64,000 nt of DNA. Origin: Magallana gigas (lineage: Eukaryota). This document shows, one piece after another, positions 63,450-64,000 of this stretch; within the stretch, counting starts at the first letter, position 1; each line of letters starts with the position of its first letter. The position numbers were made by a program, and so were the translations under genes. The DNA is taken from assembly GCF_963853765.1 (NCBI RefSeq), contig NC_088855.1, positions 39,246,001-39,310,000 of the forward strand, in the 5' to 3' direction. The notes below the pieces were generated by a model. That model had not been told where the DNA came from. It searched no databases and was given only the letters and a program-made list of their open reading frames with translations.

Positions 63450-64000
63450 ATTAACCAAAGGTTAAGAGATCAATTTTTACAAAAATGGCATAACGATATT
63501 CAGGAATCGACTAAGGGTGTTATATATAGAATTTATAAAACAAATTCTGAATGTGAACGCTACTTACTCTTGTTACCCAATAAATTAAGAAAAATATTAG
63601 TTAAGTTTAGAACTACAAATCATCATCTTCCTGTTGAAATAGGAAGGTGGGGTATTGTTGAAAGAAGTAAACGTTATTGTAATTTGTGTAATTGTAACAA
63701 AATTGGTGATGAATTTCATGTTATATTAGAATGCAAGGCATTAAGTAAATTACGAAGTCAGTTTTTAGATACATATTACTGTTCTTCTCTTAACACTAAA
63801 AAGTTCTATGAAATCATGTCTTCAGTCGATTATATCACATTAAGAAAATTGTGTTTCTTTATTTCAAAAATTAATCATACTGTTCGTTCACCCCACTTAC
63901 TTTCTTGAACTTTACAACTTTATTGTATATATGTAAATATGTTTGTTCTTCTTATGTACTCTTGTACCATTATATGGTGTTGAGTGAAATAAACTGAACT
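63450..64000 (+). mobile_element. Second, related 5'-truncated LINE 3' end in the opposite orientation
   Basis: QRLRDQFLQKWH...KFRTTNHHLPVEIGRW...RYCNLCN...DEFHVILEC; AATAAA followed by CTGAACT at the window end. Confidence 0.85.

Noticed and set aside
62280-64000. Twin-priming inversion of a single LINE
   Set aside because: Both halves carry their own 3' end and tail and differ substantially in sequence. Twin priming yields one tail and non-overlapping pieces of one RNA.

Overview
AT-rich, intron-containing animal DNA. The repeat content and abundant TACATGTA octamers look like an oyster or other bivalve (inference). Left to right: (1) a PLOD/lysyl hydroxylase gene on the minus strand, with 17 coding exons in the window and running off the left edge; (2) an ~8 kb spacer of MITEs and a LINE 3' fragment; (3) a complete 16-exon CDK11 (PITSLRE kinase) gene on the plus strand; (4) a convergent minus-strand gene of >1000 codons that fuses an nSTAND3-type P-loop NTPase, ankyrin-like repeats, an unassigned domain and a C-terminal trypsin-fold (Nal1-like) serine protease with an intact His/Asp/Ser triad, preceded by decayed exons that read like a Death domain; (5) an apparently complete 9,688-bp AcademH-type DNA transposon with perfect 72-bp TIRs, a 9-bp TSD, and convergent spliced RecQ-like helicase and transposase genes; (6) a two-exon gene for an unrecognised small secreted four-cysteine protein; (7) a frameshifted Tc1 element, Kolobok-type, Helentron-type and other non-autonomous elements, and two head-to-head LINE 3' fragments. 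The strongest leads are the STAND-protease fusion with its eroded Death-domain leader and the intact helicase-carrying transposon. All exon models were built by hand from GT/AG sites with phase checking. Family assignments rest on motif recognition only; no database searches were run.
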